Shown here: in pieces, positions 43,745-53,529 of the stretch
Position numbering within the stretch: position 1 is the stretch's first letter
Layout of the letters: each line of letters begins with the position of its first letter
Assembly (NCBI GenBank): GCA_963835065.1
Contig: CAWIEK010000053.1
Coordinates: forward strand, 256,001-320,000
DNA length: 64,000 nt
Direction of reading: 5' to 3'
Source: an uncultured Chthonomonadaceae bacterium
Lineage (GTDB): Bacteria > Armatimonadota > Chthonomonadetes > Chthonomonadales > Chthonomonadaceae
Made by a program: the position numbers and the translations under genes
The notes under the pieces: model-generated
Database searches by the model: none
Told to the model about the DNA's origin: nothing
What the model saw: only the letters and a program-made list of their open reading frames with translations

Positions 43745-43851
43745 AGAGAAAATACCGGAAAGTAGCCGCGAATGAACGCGAATGAACGCGAATAGGCCGA
43801 CTGTTTTTTATACGTATAGATGCCAGCCGCGCATGGAGGATTATTCTAAAA

Positions 43852-44634
43852 TCAGGCGGCTTCTTCGCGGGGAACGTACTCGCGGCTGGTAAACAAACTG
43901 ATGGCGGCGAGCAGGGTGATGGCAATAGCCGCCAGTAACACCATCCACGCCAGACTGCTGGAAATTACGTCGGGCGCATTGCCGCCCATTGCCGCCGCGA
44001 GTTGCGCTGCCGGGTCTTCTTTGTCATGGGGCGAAAGCACCTGCAAATAGGTCATCAGCGACACGCGATGAAACGAACCCGGCAGCCGTGAAACCCACGA
44101 TTCCCACCCGAACGCGAACAGCAGGCCGTACAGCATCGCCCGGTTTACCACAACGCCGAGCAGCAGAAACAAGCCTCCATAGGCAAGCGCGGCAAAAGGC
44201 AAAATTTCCAGATCGCGCATCAGGGGCGAACCGCTCAACCCGCCCGGCCCGAACGTGACCAGCGCAATCAACAACGTGGACAGCCACGCCGCCCCTAAAA
44301 CGACGGTGTTCACGGCCAGAAACTTCATCAGCAGCAAGCGCCAGCGCGGAACCGGGCGCGTCAGCAGGTACACGATGGTTTTGCCTTCCACTTCCTGCGA
44401 AATGGCGGATGTGCCGAACACCACCGCCAGTATCAGCAGCACGAATCCGAAAACCAAATCTTTCACCAGCGCGTTGTACACGTCTGCGGCAACGAAACCG
44501 CCGGCGGCAGCCGCCTGTACGCGCCATAATCCGGCCATAATCGGACTGAGCAGAATCAGCAAGCCGATCATAATCAGATTTTTAGGCCGCAGCAGTTCGC
44601 GCAATGTTGACCGATAGAGGTAAGCGTCGCTCAT
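43852..44634 (-). CDS. ABC-2 type permease
   Basis: EVEGKTIVYLLTRPVPR; about six TM segments. Confidence 0.85.
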   Translation of the reverse strand: MSDAYLYRSTLRELLRPKNLIMIGLLILLSPIMAGLWRVQAAAAGGFVAADVYNALVKDLVFGFVLLILAVVFGTSAISQEVEGKTIVYLLTRPVPRWRLLLMKFLAVNTVVLGAAWLSTLLIALVTFGPGGLSGSPLMRDLEILPFAALAYGGLFLLLGVVVNRAMLYGLLFAFGWESWVSRLPGSFHRVSLMTYLQVLSPHDKEDPAAQLAAAMGGNAPDVISSSLAWMVLLAAIAITLLAAISLFTSREYVPREEAA

Positions 44635-44643
44635 AATTTGATT

Positions 44644-45564
44644 TTAGCCGTTCACCAGATATTTGAAGACGGATTCGAGATTGTTGTCGGGCGAGTCGAA
44701 ACTGCGAATGTCGTAGCCGCCGGACAGCGCAATGTCGGGAAATTGCGTGTAAAACAGGTCGGGCGAATGGGTTTCGATTTCCAATTGTGTGGCGTCTGTC
44801 GCGTTGAAGCGGACGCTGAGAATGTACGGCATGTCCAGCAATTGCTTGCCCAACTCGCGGGCGCGGGTCGTGGTAATGGCAATGTGGTGCGGATGCCGGT
44901 CAATCAGGCCGCGAATGGCGTAAATGTCGCCCTGAGCCATCAGCCGACCCTTGCTCAACAAAATGATATTGTGGGTCAACTGCTCCACTTCGTACAGAAT
45001 GTGGCTGGAAATGAGGATACATTTGCCCTGCGCCGCAAGGGTGTGCAGCAATGCGCCCATGTCGCGCCGCCCTACCGGATCAAGGCCATTGAGCGGTTCG
45101 TCGAGTATCAGCACGTCGGGGTTGTGGACAATACCCTGCGCCACTTTGATGCGCTGCCGCATACCCTTCGAGTAGCCGCCGATTTTGCGGTCCGCGCTTG
45201 CCGTCATGCCGACGGTTTCAATCACTTCACTCACGCGATTTGCCCGCGCGTTTGCCGGAATACCGCTCATCGCCGCCAGCAGCGTGACAAAATCGCGCCC
45301 GGTCATTTCCGTATAGTTTTCTTCGATTTCCGGGCAGTATCCCAATCGTTTGTAAACGGCGGGATTGGCGAAGGGTGGCAGGCCAAAAACGTCAACCCTG
45401 CCAGTCGTGGGCCGCAGTTGCCCCGTGACCAGTTTGAGCATGGTAGACTTGCCCGCGCCATTGGGACCGAGCAGAGCCGTGATTCCCGGCCCGATCTGGC
45501 ACGTAATGTCGTTGACGCCAATCACCTGCTTGTACCAGCGCGAAGCGTTTTGCAGGGTTATCAT
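44644..45564 (-). CDS. ABC transporter ATP-binding protein
   Basis: GPNGAGKS, YSKGMRQR, LDEP. Confidence 0.95.
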   Translation of the reverse strand: MITLQNASRWYKQVIGVNDITCQIGPGITALLGPNGAGKSTMLKLVTGQLRPTTGRVDVFGLPPFANPAVYKRLGYCPEIEENYTEMTGRDFVTLLAAMSGIPANARANRVSEVIETVGMTASADRKIGGYSKGMRQRIKVAQGIVHNPDVLILDEPLNGLDPVGRRDMGALLHTLAAQGKCILISSHILYEVEQLTHNIILLSKGRLMAQGDIYAIRGLIDRHPHHIAITTTRARELGKQLLDMPYILSVRFNATDATQLEIETHSPDLFYTQFPDIALSGGYDIRSFDSPDNNLESVFKYLVNG

Positions 45565-46562
45565 CCTCTTACCACCTCGACGGCTTTCACTTTAGCCCGC
45601 GCCGCGCCGATGCCCGCCGCCACCAGTATTCCGAACATCAGCAGCAGGGGCAGCAGGGGCGCAGCCGCGCCGTTCGCATTGTGGGCTACACGATGGGGCG
45701 CAAGCCCGAAAACGTGCTGCACCAGGCCGCTGATAATTCCCTGCAGGGACACATATTGCAGCAGCAGTTGCCCATCCGAAGGATCAGACGATTTCAGCGT
45801 GAAGATGCTGAACAGATAGACGGACAAGGTTATGCTCAAAAAATACAGCGCGGCCATGATGCCGCCTGCCGCCCGCCCGGTTTTCGACCACGCCGACACA
45901 CCGCAGAACAGACTGGCATACAAGGCTCCCGGAACCGCCGCCGCCAGCAGGATGCGCCCTATCAGCAATGGCTCGTCGCTGAGAAAACCGTCCTTCAAAA
46001 ACATCAGCAGGCAGAACACATACAGCATCAGCGCGGGAACCGCAATCGCGCCGAAAATCATCAGAAACAACGCCATCCACTTGCCAAGCAGGTAATCCCC
46101 TTTTGTCAGGGGTTTGGACAGATACACCAGCAGGGCGTTCGCGCCATTATCCGCCGCGATGCTGCCCGCGCCGACGTTCAAGGCTACGATAAACACGAGC
46201 AATCCCTGAAGCTGCATCGCCTGAAAGAAGATGCGGGCAAAAAATCCACCCTCATCGGCAGAAGCCGCGCGCCCGCTGCGCCCCATCATGCCGGTGAGAC
46301 CTTGCGTGTACAAGGTAAGGGCAAGGATCACGCATGGAAACGCGCACAGGGCCACGCTGATCCAGAATCCCGGCTTGCGAAACGACTGCCGCAGCCCGGA
46401 AAGCGCCACAATCCACCAGCGAATCGCGCGGGTTTGCAGCGGGCCGTCGTAGTTGCGGTACGTCAGGTCGGCAATCGGGGAAGCAACGCTTGCGGCATTG
46501 GGACCGTTCGGAGGAATGGAACCGGCAGGCGCGGGCGAAGGCTGTGCGGGTGGAATGTTCAA
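45561..46562 (-). CDS. ABC-2 type permease
   Basis: ALLVYLSKPLTKGDYLLGK; multiple TM segments. Confidence 0.85.
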   Translation of the reverse strand: MNIPPAQPSPAPAGSIPPNGPNAASVASPIADLTYRNYDGPLQTRAIRWWIVALSGLRQSFRKPGFWISVALCAFPCVILALTLYTQGLTGMMGRSGRAASADEGGFFARIFFQAMQLQGLLVFIVALNVGAGSIAADNGANALLVYLSKPLTKGDYLLGKWMALFLMIFGAIAVPALMLYVFCLLMFLKDGFLSDEPLLIGRILLAAAVPGALYASLFCGVSAWSKTGRAAGGIMAALYFLSITLSVYLFSIFTLKSSDPSDGQLLLQYVSLQGIISGLVQHVFGLAPHRVAHNANGAAAPLLPLLLMFGILVAAGIGAARAKVKAVEVVRG

Positions 46563-47509
46563 TCTACGGCTCCCATGAAAATATCTTCCAGCGAACGCTG
46601 CGCGGGCTGAAAGCCGCGCACCTGCGCGCCCGATTCGCGCGCCGCTTCAAACACCATTTTGCCTACTTCCAGTGAGGTTTCAAACATCATACTGCCGACC
46701 TGCTGCGATTGGGGCGGATTCAGGGCAAAACGGAGTTCGCTGCCGTTATCATGCAGGGTTTCCGCGCCGCGCCTGAGCATGGCCTGCACAAAGGCGGGGG
46801 ATGTTTCGCGCAGGGTGACGACGATCTGCGTACCCACCGTTTCGCGCAGACTGGCAATCGTGCCTTCCGAAGCGATCTGCCCCTTGCGCATCACGATCAG
46901 GCTGTCACACGTCCGCTCGATGTCGGGCAGCAGGTGCGAGGAGACAATCACGTTGACGCCCTTGCCATGTGAAATGTCGCGCACGAGAGCGAGCATTTCG
47001 TCCCGGCCTGCGGGGTCAAGACCGTTGGAAGGCTCGTCCAGAAACACCAGTTTCGGCCCATGCACAAGCGCCTGCGCCAGTTTGATGCGCTGCTTCATGC
47101 CCGTCGAATACGTTTCCACGTTGCGGTAACGCGCTTCGTTCAGGCCGCAGTATTCCAGCACTTCGTGGGCGCGGCGCAAGGACTCTTTGGCCGGCATCCC
47201 CGCCAGTTCGCCCGCATACGCCACAAACGTTACCGCGTTCATTCCAGGTATATGGCAGTCAATTTCCGGCATCAGGCCGATGCGCTGCCGCAATTCCAAG
47301 CCCTGCGTCGCCACATTAAAGCCCAGGACTTGCCCACTGCCGCTTGATGGCTGTACGAAGCCGAGCAGGGTTTTAATCAGCGTGGTTTTGCCCGCGCCGT
47401 TCGGCCCAAGCAGCCCGACACAGCCTTCCGGGATTTCCACGCTGAGGTCATTGACAGCCGTTTTCGCGCCATAGCGCACGGTCAAATTAGAAATGGTTGC
47501 GACAGACAT
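46559..47509 (-). CDS. ABC transporter ATP-binding protein
   Basis: GPNGAGKT, YSTGMKQR, LDEP. Confidence 0.95.
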   Translation of the reverse strand: MSVATISNLTVRYGAKTAVNDLSVEIPEGCVGLLGPNGAGKTTLIKTLLGFVQPSSGSGQVLGFNVATQGLELRQRIGLMPEIDCHIPGMNAVTFVAYAGELAGMPAKESLRRAHEVLEYCGLNEARYRNVETYSTGMKQRIKLAQALVHGPKLVFLDEPSNGLDPAGRDEMLALVRDISHGKGVNVIVSSHLLPDIERTCDSLIVMRKGQIASEGTIASLRETVGTQIVVTLRETSPAFVQAMLRRGAETLHDNGSELRFALNPPQSQQVGSMMFETSLEVGKMVFEAARESGAQVRGFQPAQRSLEDIFMGAVD

Positions 47510-47546
47510 AGGCGGAATAAGCAACAATCATTGGCAAAGCAAGAGG

Positions 47547-48057
47547 CTATTTGGACTTGTCGAGATAATCCGGCGGGAACAGTTTCTGGCCGTACTTTGC
47601 GGCGATACTGCTCATCCGCTGCTGCTCTTCCGGTCCCATAACGGGAGGAGGCAAAAATTCACCGGCGGCTACAGGTTTGCCCACTTCCTGAAAGAATTCG
47701 TCCAGCCCGGAAGGAACCACCACGCACCACAGACGCGCCATTGTGTTCGTCATATTTTTGAAGCAATGCACTATGCCGCCCAGAGGGATATTGACAAACG
47801 AACCTTTCCGCGCCGTATAGGTAAGCGATTCGGTTTTAACCTCAATTTCGCCTTCCAGAACATAGAAGGATTCTCTGAAAGGCGGCGTGTGAATGGGGAC
47901 CCGGCCCACCCTGCGGCGGAATCAGCATGTCAATGGCGGCGTAAGCCCCTCCGGTTTGCTCGCCGGTAATCACCAGCCGGTAAGTATCGCCAACAACCGA
48001 CAGCGTCTGCCCATCCTGCGCCGTCACCGTCGTAAGTTCGCTGCTTGGATTCTCCAT
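47547..48057 (-). CDS. Cupin domain protein, quercetinase-like (frameshift near 47875)
   Basis: GPGPHSH..ESFYVLEGE...IPLGGIVHCFKN across two frames. Confidence 0.8.
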
Positions 48058-48138
48058 AACTTGAATTCGATCCTTCCTTGGATGTATCCCGGTGTGACTA
48101 CTCTGCGGAAGCGAGCAGGGTTTCCTTATTTACGCTCT

Positions 48139-50094
48139 TCAATTCAGATGAATTCTGCGGTGGAACACGTACCATTCCGCGCACAAAAGCAGCAACGCGA
48201 CAAAGGCCAGATAGGGAAGCCATTCCCGCGTGGTCAGCACCTGACGGGTCGCTATGGGCGTGGCGTTTTGCAGAATGGTCAGGGATTTGTGGGGCGTGAT
48301 GTCGGACTCGGCGGCGTTGACGAGGTTGACCGAAAAACGGGAAACGGCTACGCCCTGCCCGCTCACATTATATACGCCCGCCTGATCCGTGCTGTCGAAG
48401 GCGGCGTCGCCCCGCTCCCCAACAACCACATCGCGCTTGCTGCCGTCCGGTTTGGTAATGGTCAGGGTTCCGGCATTGGGAAGCGCGGGAATGACGTGCG
48501 TTTCCCCGGTTTTGGAGTGCCCCGATCCGTTGTCGTCCCATTCCGCGCCAAGCCAGCGAACCGTGTTAGAAATGAAGATGGGAAACGGAACCGTGAGCAG
48601 GAAGTGTACGGATTTTTCCAGCGAAAAGGCGACAAACACGCTTCGCATTCGGTTGCGCTCGCCCACCTCCGCCCGCGCCTTGCTTTTTTCTCCGGCCACA
48701 ATCAGGGAACCGGACTCGCCTACCGCCAGTTCCTTGCCCCAATCGAGGGGCGAGGCTTTGTACACGCCCAAGAGATTTTCGCTGCCGAAGTCCACGTAAT
48801 GCAGAACGGGATGATCCCGCTCCATATCCACAAAGCCGACGCCGTTCATTTCACCCTCGGCTTTTGCCGGCGATTGGTCACTGGTACAATGCAAAAACAG
48901 GTAATTGCCTTCGGGCAGTTTGGCGGGCGCGGTTTCGTTGAACACGATTACGTCGTAGTTTTTGGCGCTGTCGGCGGGATACGCGGCGGCTTTGCTTAAT
49001 TCGATGCCCGGATCAACCTTCAGCGCGTTTTCAAGCCACAGGTTTTCGGTTCCCACCAGTAGTACTTTATATTGCTTGTGCGGCTGCAAGATTAAGGACG
49101 CTTCGTTGTCGGCAGCAAGGTCGTCCTTCACGTCCAGATGAACGCGCAGCAGCATGGGGCGTGGCGGTTCCTGCACATCGAACGCTTCCGTGCTTTCGCC
49201 ATGCGCGGGCAGGGAAATCTCGTGCGCGTCGAAAAGATTGTCTTCCAGATAAATCTCTTCGTTGAACTTTTTGGGCTGATCGCTGTAGTTGTGCGTGACG
49301 ACAAGCAGTTGTACCGACTTTTCGCCGCCGATGTTACGCCGAAAATCCAGCGCGGTAATGCCGACGTTGTCATGCCCCTTGCCAATGGGATGAAAGGCGA
49401 CATGCGTTTTGCCCAAGTTCAGGTTGGCGAGCGAAATTTGCGCCTCGCCCCCGTTGTTCGTACCATTCGAGCCATTTGTGTTGCCCCCAACCGTTTCAAA
49501 CGCGCCATCGGAAACCAGTTCGATCTGCCCCGCTTCGCCATTGTCCCGCGACGCCACCAGTTCCGCGCCCAAGTTAAGCGCGTCCCGCATGTTCGTCGGC
49601 GTATCATGCGCCTGCAAGCCGTCCAGGGAATGGCGCAGTTCCGAACGCTCGTTGGTAAACCCGGTAATGGCTTCGGGGCGCGAGTACGCGGACACGATCA
49701 TCATCCGGTCGCCCGCGCCCATGCGGTTGATGATCTGCTGCGCTTCCTGTTTGGCGGCTTCAAACCGGGACGGCGCGACATCCGTTGCCTTCATGGACGC
49801 GCTGGTATCCATAATCAGGACGATACTGCGCCCGCCATTGCTCAGATTGCGCGTAAACGGACGGGCAAGCGCGAAAATCAGCAGCGCGGCCAAAAGCAGT
49901 TGGAGAAACAGGAGAAGGTTCTTGCGGAGTTTCTGAAATGGGGCGTTCGCCTGCACATCGCGGATCACCTGCCGCCACAGAAACGTCGAGGAGACGACAA
50001 CATCCTTGCGCCGCAGCTTGAGGATGTACATCAAAACGATCAGCCCGCCCACAATGGGGAGCCACAACAGATTGGACAGGCTGGCAAAGTGCAT
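48139..50094 (-). CDS. BatA N-terminal plus VWA domain membrane protein
   Basis: MYILKLRRKDVVVSSTFLW, LARP, DTSASM MIDAS, SDG, ESDITP plus C-terminal TM. Confidence 0.9.
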   Translation of the reverse strand: MHFASLSNLLWLPIVGGLIVLMYILKLRRKDVVVSSTFLWRQVIRDVQANAPFQKLRKNLLLFLQLLLAALLIFALARPFTRNLSNGGRSIVLIMDTSASMKATDVAPSRFEAAKQEAQQIINRMGAGDRMMIVSAYSRPEAITGFTNERSELRHSLDGLQAHDTPTNMRDALNLGAELVASRDNGEAGQIELVSDGAFETVGGNTNGSNGTNNGGEAQISLANLNLGKTHVAFHPIGKGHDNVGITALDFRRNIGGEKSVQLLVVTHNYSDQPKKFNEEIYLEDNLFDAHEISLPAHGESTEAFDVQEPPRPMLLRVHLDVKDDLAADNEASLILQPHKQYKVLLVGTENLWLENALKVDPGIELSKAAAYPADSAKNYDVIVFNETAPAKLPEGNYLFLHCTSDQSPAKAEGEMNGVGFVDMERDHPVLHYVDFGSENLLGVYKASPLDWGKELAVGESGSLIVAGEKSKARAEVGERNRMRSVFVAFSLEKSVHFLLTVPFPIFISNTVRWLGAEWDDNGSGHSKTGETHVIPALPNAGTLTITKPDGSKRDVVVGERGDAAFDSTDQAGVYNVSGQGVAVSRFSVNLVNAAESDITPHKSLTILQNATPIATRQVLTTREWLPYLAFVALLLLCAEWYVFHRRIHLN

Positions 50095-50096
50095 GG

Positions 50097-50423
50097 TTAG
50101 CCCCGATTATACAAATTTTGCGTAACGCCGGTGTCATTGGCGCGGGACACGCGCCCTTGCTGTTCCAATTGCCCGACGCGCCGTTCCAGCGTATGCAGCG
50201 TGGTGTCGAAACTCAGGTCGTACTGCATCGTGGTGTCGCGCAGGGCTTTGATTTCGGAGCGAAGGGCGGCAAACTCGGAGCGCATGTCTTCGGAAAGCAT
50301 CTGCTGACGCTGCAAAGACATTTCTTCCATTTTGCGCCGGTGGTGCGTCCAGATTGCCAGCATAGGAATGGCAAGAATGCCCATTACCGGGATGCCAATC
50401 ACAATCAGCACGATAGGCCACAT
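50097..50423 (-). CDS. Single-TM coiled-coil protein, paralog of 51104..51427
   Basis: TM, WTHHRR, LRDTTMQYDLSFD. Confidence 0.8.
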   Translation of the reverse strand: MWPIVLIVIGIPVMGILAIPMLAIWTHHRRKMEEMSLQRQQMLSEDMRSEFAALRSEIKALRDTTMQYDLSFDTTLHTLERRVGQLEQQGRVSRANDTGVTQNLYNRG

Positions 50424-50479
50424 ATCCTACACGATCCTTTCCTTACCAAGCAGCGTAATTTACCTGCATAGGCGATGTA

Positions 50480-50818
50480 CTACGGCGTGTCCACTCCAAG
50501 AGCAAGGGTGACGCGGGCGGCAACCTGCTGCCAATCTCGTTCGGAGAGTCGCCCGATATGCGCTATAACTTCCGCACGCGGGGCTGTCAGCAAATAGGCG
50601 CGAAAAGCGGACGGACGATATAGACCTGCGGCTGACCAATCCTGCAAAACATAATCCGTAGGGGTTGTGGCGGCAGAAATTTGTGCCCTCAACAATCCCA
50701 CAATTATATCTGGTCTATTAGCTTGATAGGTAGCGGAAGAGAGAATCACGGCAGGACGATGTTTGGTTTCTACTGCGCCATGAAACGGAACTGTTACCAC
50801 ATCACCTGGCTGCCACAT
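50480..50818 (-). CDS. PemK/MazF family toxin
   Basis: PGDVVTVPF...KHRPAVILS...DWSAAGL...IGRLSERDW. Confidence 0.85.
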   Translation of the reverse strand: MWQPGDVVTVPFHGAVETKHRPAVILSSATYQANRPDIIVGLLRAQISAATTPTDYVLQDWSAAGLYRPSAFRAYLLTAPRAEVIAHIGRLSERDWQQVAARVTLALGVDTP

Positions 50819-51065
50819 GCGTTTCATCTCCACTCTTTTCCACAGGCAACAGGTCGTCTTCGTCACCATAAAGTTGTGCCGCATACTGAAGCGATTGCTG
50901 CATGTAGTCGCGCTTATCCTGCTCCGTCAACTCGTCATCGTCTATTTGTCTTGCATGCTGATGCTTGAGAAAACGCAGGAAATCCAGCGTTTCCGCTACA
51001 ATCGCATCAGGTGTATTTTTTACTTCATCAAGCAAGGCATCTACCGTTGTCATCTCATTCTCCAT
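50802..51065 (-). CDS. Antitoxin (DUF2281-like)
   Basis: LLDEVKNTPDAIVAETLDFLRFLK with acidic tail; overlaps the toxin start. Confidence 0.7.
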   Translation of the reverse strand: MENEMTTVDALLDEVKNTPDAIVAETLDFLRFLKHQHARQIDDDELTEQDKRDYMQQSLQYAAQLYGDEDDLLPVEKSGDETHVAAR

Positions 51066-51103
51066 ATAAGCGCAGATGCAAACAATTTGCAGTGATCATT
51101 GTG

Positions 51104-51427
51104 TCAGCCACCATTGCGCAGATTTAACACGGCTTCTTCCGGCCTGATTGTGGGGCCGAACGAGGAGGTGTTTTCCACGCGGGCGACGCGCTGTTCCATG
51201 CGCTGCAAAGCGGAGTCGAAACTCAAGTCGTACTGCATGGAGGTTTCGCGCAGGGATTGAATCTCCTGCCGCAAGGCTTCGATTTCCGTATGGACATTGC
51301 CGTTGCCCTGCTGTAACTGCAAGCGCAATTGCAGCATGTCCCGCTGATGCTTGGTCCATAGATTGAACAGCGGTATGGACATCGGCAGTCCGAAAATACA
51401 AATGATCGCAACAAGGGGAATTATCAT
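51104..51427 (-). CDS. Single-TM coiled-coil protein, paralog of 50097..50423
   Basis: TM, WTKHQR, LRETSMQYDLSFD. Confidence 0.8.
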   Translation of the reverse strand: MIIPLVAIICIFGLPMSIPLFNLWTKHQRDMLQLRLQLQQGNGNVHTEIEALRQEIQSLRETSMQYDLSFDSALQRMEQRVARVENTSSFGPTIRPEEAVLNLRNGG

Positions 51428-51443
51428 GTTGGTTCGTTCGCTC

Positions 51444-52184
51444 CTAACTCGTTCTTGCCAGCGCGTCCGCCAGCGTCACCGTGCCCGCATACAACGCCTT
51501 GCCGATAATCACGCCGTCTATGTTGGGGGCCGACTGCGCTTGCAGGGTATGCAGCGCGTCTATGTCGGCGATGGTCGCCACGCCGCCTGAGGCAATCACG
51601 GGTATATTGGGAATTACCTGCGCCACCTGCGCTAACGCGCCCAGATTAACGCCTTGCAGCATCCCGTCCCGCGCAATGTCGGTGAAAATAAAGCGCTGCG
51701 CGCCCATATCCGCCAGACGTTTTACGAACACGGTTGCGGTTTCGCCGCTGTGTTCCTGCCAGCCGTGAATGGCGACAATGCCGTCGCGGGCATCCACGCC
51801 GATAGCGAGGTTGTTGCCGAACCGCGCCAACAACTCCTGCGTCAATTCCGGGTTCTGCGCCGCCGTCGTGCCGACCACGACTCGCGCCACGCCTGATGCC
51901 ATTATTCGCTCCGCCGCTTCCACTGTGCGAATCCCGCCGCCCACCTGCACGGGCAAACCCGTCGCGTCCACAATGCCCTTGATGGCCGCAAGGTTTTCCG
52001 GGCTGGATTTCCCGCTCCTTGCGCCGTCCAAGTCTACGACATGCAGCCAATGCGCGCCTTGGTCCTGCCATTTTTGCGCCATTGCGACGGGGTCATCCCC
52101 ATACGTCGTGACCTGCGCAAAATCGCCCTGTATCAGCCGAACGCACTTGCCGCCCTTGAGGTCTATTGCCGGGTAAATGTCCAT
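51444..52184 (-). CDS. hisA: ProFAR isomerase
   Basis: PAIDLKGGKCVRL, HVVDLDGA, QVGGGIR, TDIARDG, IASGG. Confidence 0.97.
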   Translation of the reverse strand: MDIYPAIDLKGGKCVRLIQGDFAQVTTYGDDPVAMAQKWQDQGAHWLHVVDLDGARSGKSSPENLAAIKGIVDATGLPVQVGGGIRTVEAAERIMASGVARVVVGTTAAQNPELTQELLARFGNNLAIGVDARDGIVAIHGWQEHSGETATVFVKRLADMGAQRFIFTDIARDGMLQGVNLGALAQVAQVIPNIPVIASGGVATIADIDALHTLQAQSAPNIDGVIIGKALYAGTVTLADALARTS

Positions 52185-52191
52185 AGCAGTT

Positions 52192-52266
52192 CATAGTTGA
52201 TAGTTGATAGTTGATAGGGATGGACAGGCGGTCTGTCTATCAACTATCAACTGATTACTATCAACT
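52192..52266. repeat. GATAGTT heptamer palindromic element between hisH and hisA
   Basis: (gatagtt)n spacer (ctatcaa)n. Confidence 0.85.
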
Positions 52267-52270
52267 CTAC

Positions 52271-52909
52271 TCACTTCCAATCTACGAAGTTTCGTAAAAT
52301 TTGCAGGCCGACTGCGCCGCTTTTTTCGGGGTGGAATTGCGTGGCGGCTACATTGTCTTTTTCCACCGCGCAGCAGAAATCGAGGCCGTAATGGGACGTG
52401 GCGGCGACAAGGGACTCGTCTTCGGGTTCGGGGTAATAGGAGTGGACGAAGTAGACGCGGCTATCCTGTTCCACGCCCCGCAGCAGGCGCGAGTCGGGAT
52501 TAACGCGCAGACTGTTCCAGCCGATGTGCGGCACTTTCAACGCCTGCGCTTCGGGCGTCCGTTGTTCGGCGGGAACGTTTTCAAAGAATTTCACCACATG
52601 TCCCGGAAACAGGCCGATGCCGGGAGATGTGCCCATTTCCGTGCTGCTTTCAAACAGCATTTGCATCCCGACGCAAATTCCCAAAAACGGTTTGCCGCTG
52701 GTAATGCTCTGGCACACGGCCTGCCGCAATCCGCTCTGGTCAAGATTGGTCATGCAGGCGCAAAACGCCCCCACACCCGGCAGCACCACGCGCTCGGCGC
52801 GTTCAATAGTCGCCGGGTCACTGGTAATGAGGGGGTCGCCGCCCACATACGCCAGCGCTTTTTCCACGCTGCGCAGGTTTGCCATGCCGTAGTCTACGAT
52901 TGCGATCAT
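52271..52909 (-). CDS. hisH: IGP synthase glutaminase subunit
   Basis: DYGMANLRS, LGICVGMQ, VPHIGWN, YFVHSY, QFHPEKS. Confidence 0.97.
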   Translation of the reverse strand: MIAIVDYGMANLRSVEKALAYVGGDPLITSDPATIERAERVVLPGVGAFCACMTNLDQSGLRQAVCQSITSGKPFLGICVGMQMLFESSTEMGTSPGIGLFPGHVVKFFENVPAEQRTPEAQALKVPHIGWNSLRVNPDSRLLRGVEQDSRVYFVHSYYPEPEDESLVAATSHYGLDFCCAVEKDNVAATQFHPEKSGAVGLQILRNFVDWK

Positions 52910-52921
52910 GCTCGTCCTTCT

Positions 52922-53038
52922 AAGGTTTCAGGTGTCAGGTGTCAGGTGTCAGGAAGTACATCTTCCATTGTGAACTATTCTTACAAATGGTGGAGCGGCT
53001 TGTTCCTGACACCTGATACCTGAAACCTGAAACCTTCC
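52922..53038. repeat. TCAGGT(G/T) heptamer palindromic element
   Basis: aaggtttcaggtgtcaggtgtcagg ... cctgacacctgatacctgaaacctgaaaccttcc. Confidence 0.9.
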
Positions 53039-53355
53039 TACTCCGGTTCCAGCGTCGGTCCGACAGTCGGGCGCGGCAGTGCGGGCGGTTTGGCGCGCGG
53101 CACGGTTGGCGGCGCTTGCTGCTCGTAACGGTCTTGAATATGCGTCAGGTTGGTGGAAATCTGGCGCGCGTTGGCGTTGGTGATGTTGAGCGCCCAGCGC
53201 ATTGCGCCCACCAGCGTCAGGCTCAATACGGCAACCAACAGGGCGCGCGTCAGCAGCCCGGCCTGAACTGCCGCGTCACGGGAGGAAGCCGCAGGATAAG
53301 AGGGCGTACAAACGGCCTGCTCCGGCAGCAGCAATGTTTTTTTCGCTCGATTCAT
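53038..53355 (-). CDS. Small membrane hypothetical protein inside the his operon
   Basis: GGAGA SD; one TM; Pro-rich tail. Confidence 0.6.
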   Translation of the reverse strand: MNRAKKTLLLPEQAVCTPSYPAASSRDAAVQAGLLTRALLVAVLSLTLVGAMRWALNITNANARQISTNLTHIQDRYEQQAPPTVPRAKPPALPRPTVGPTLEPE

Positions 53356-53416
53356 GGTTGTTTCTCCAGCAGAAAGAGTGATTCAAGTTCCCTTCTGGAG
53401 AAATAGGTAACAATAG

Positions 53417-53529
53417 GGGTCAGGTTTCAGGTTTCAGGGGTCAGGGAATACACCTATCATTATGAGCGGTTGCGATAAAAGTAGGAATGGCTTGTCCCTG
53501 ACACCTGACACCTGATACCTGAAACCTTC
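53417..53529. repeat. TCAGGT(G/T) heptamer palindromic element
   Basis: ggggtcaggtttcaggtttcagg ... cctgacacctgacacctgatacctgaaaccttc. Confidence 0.9.
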
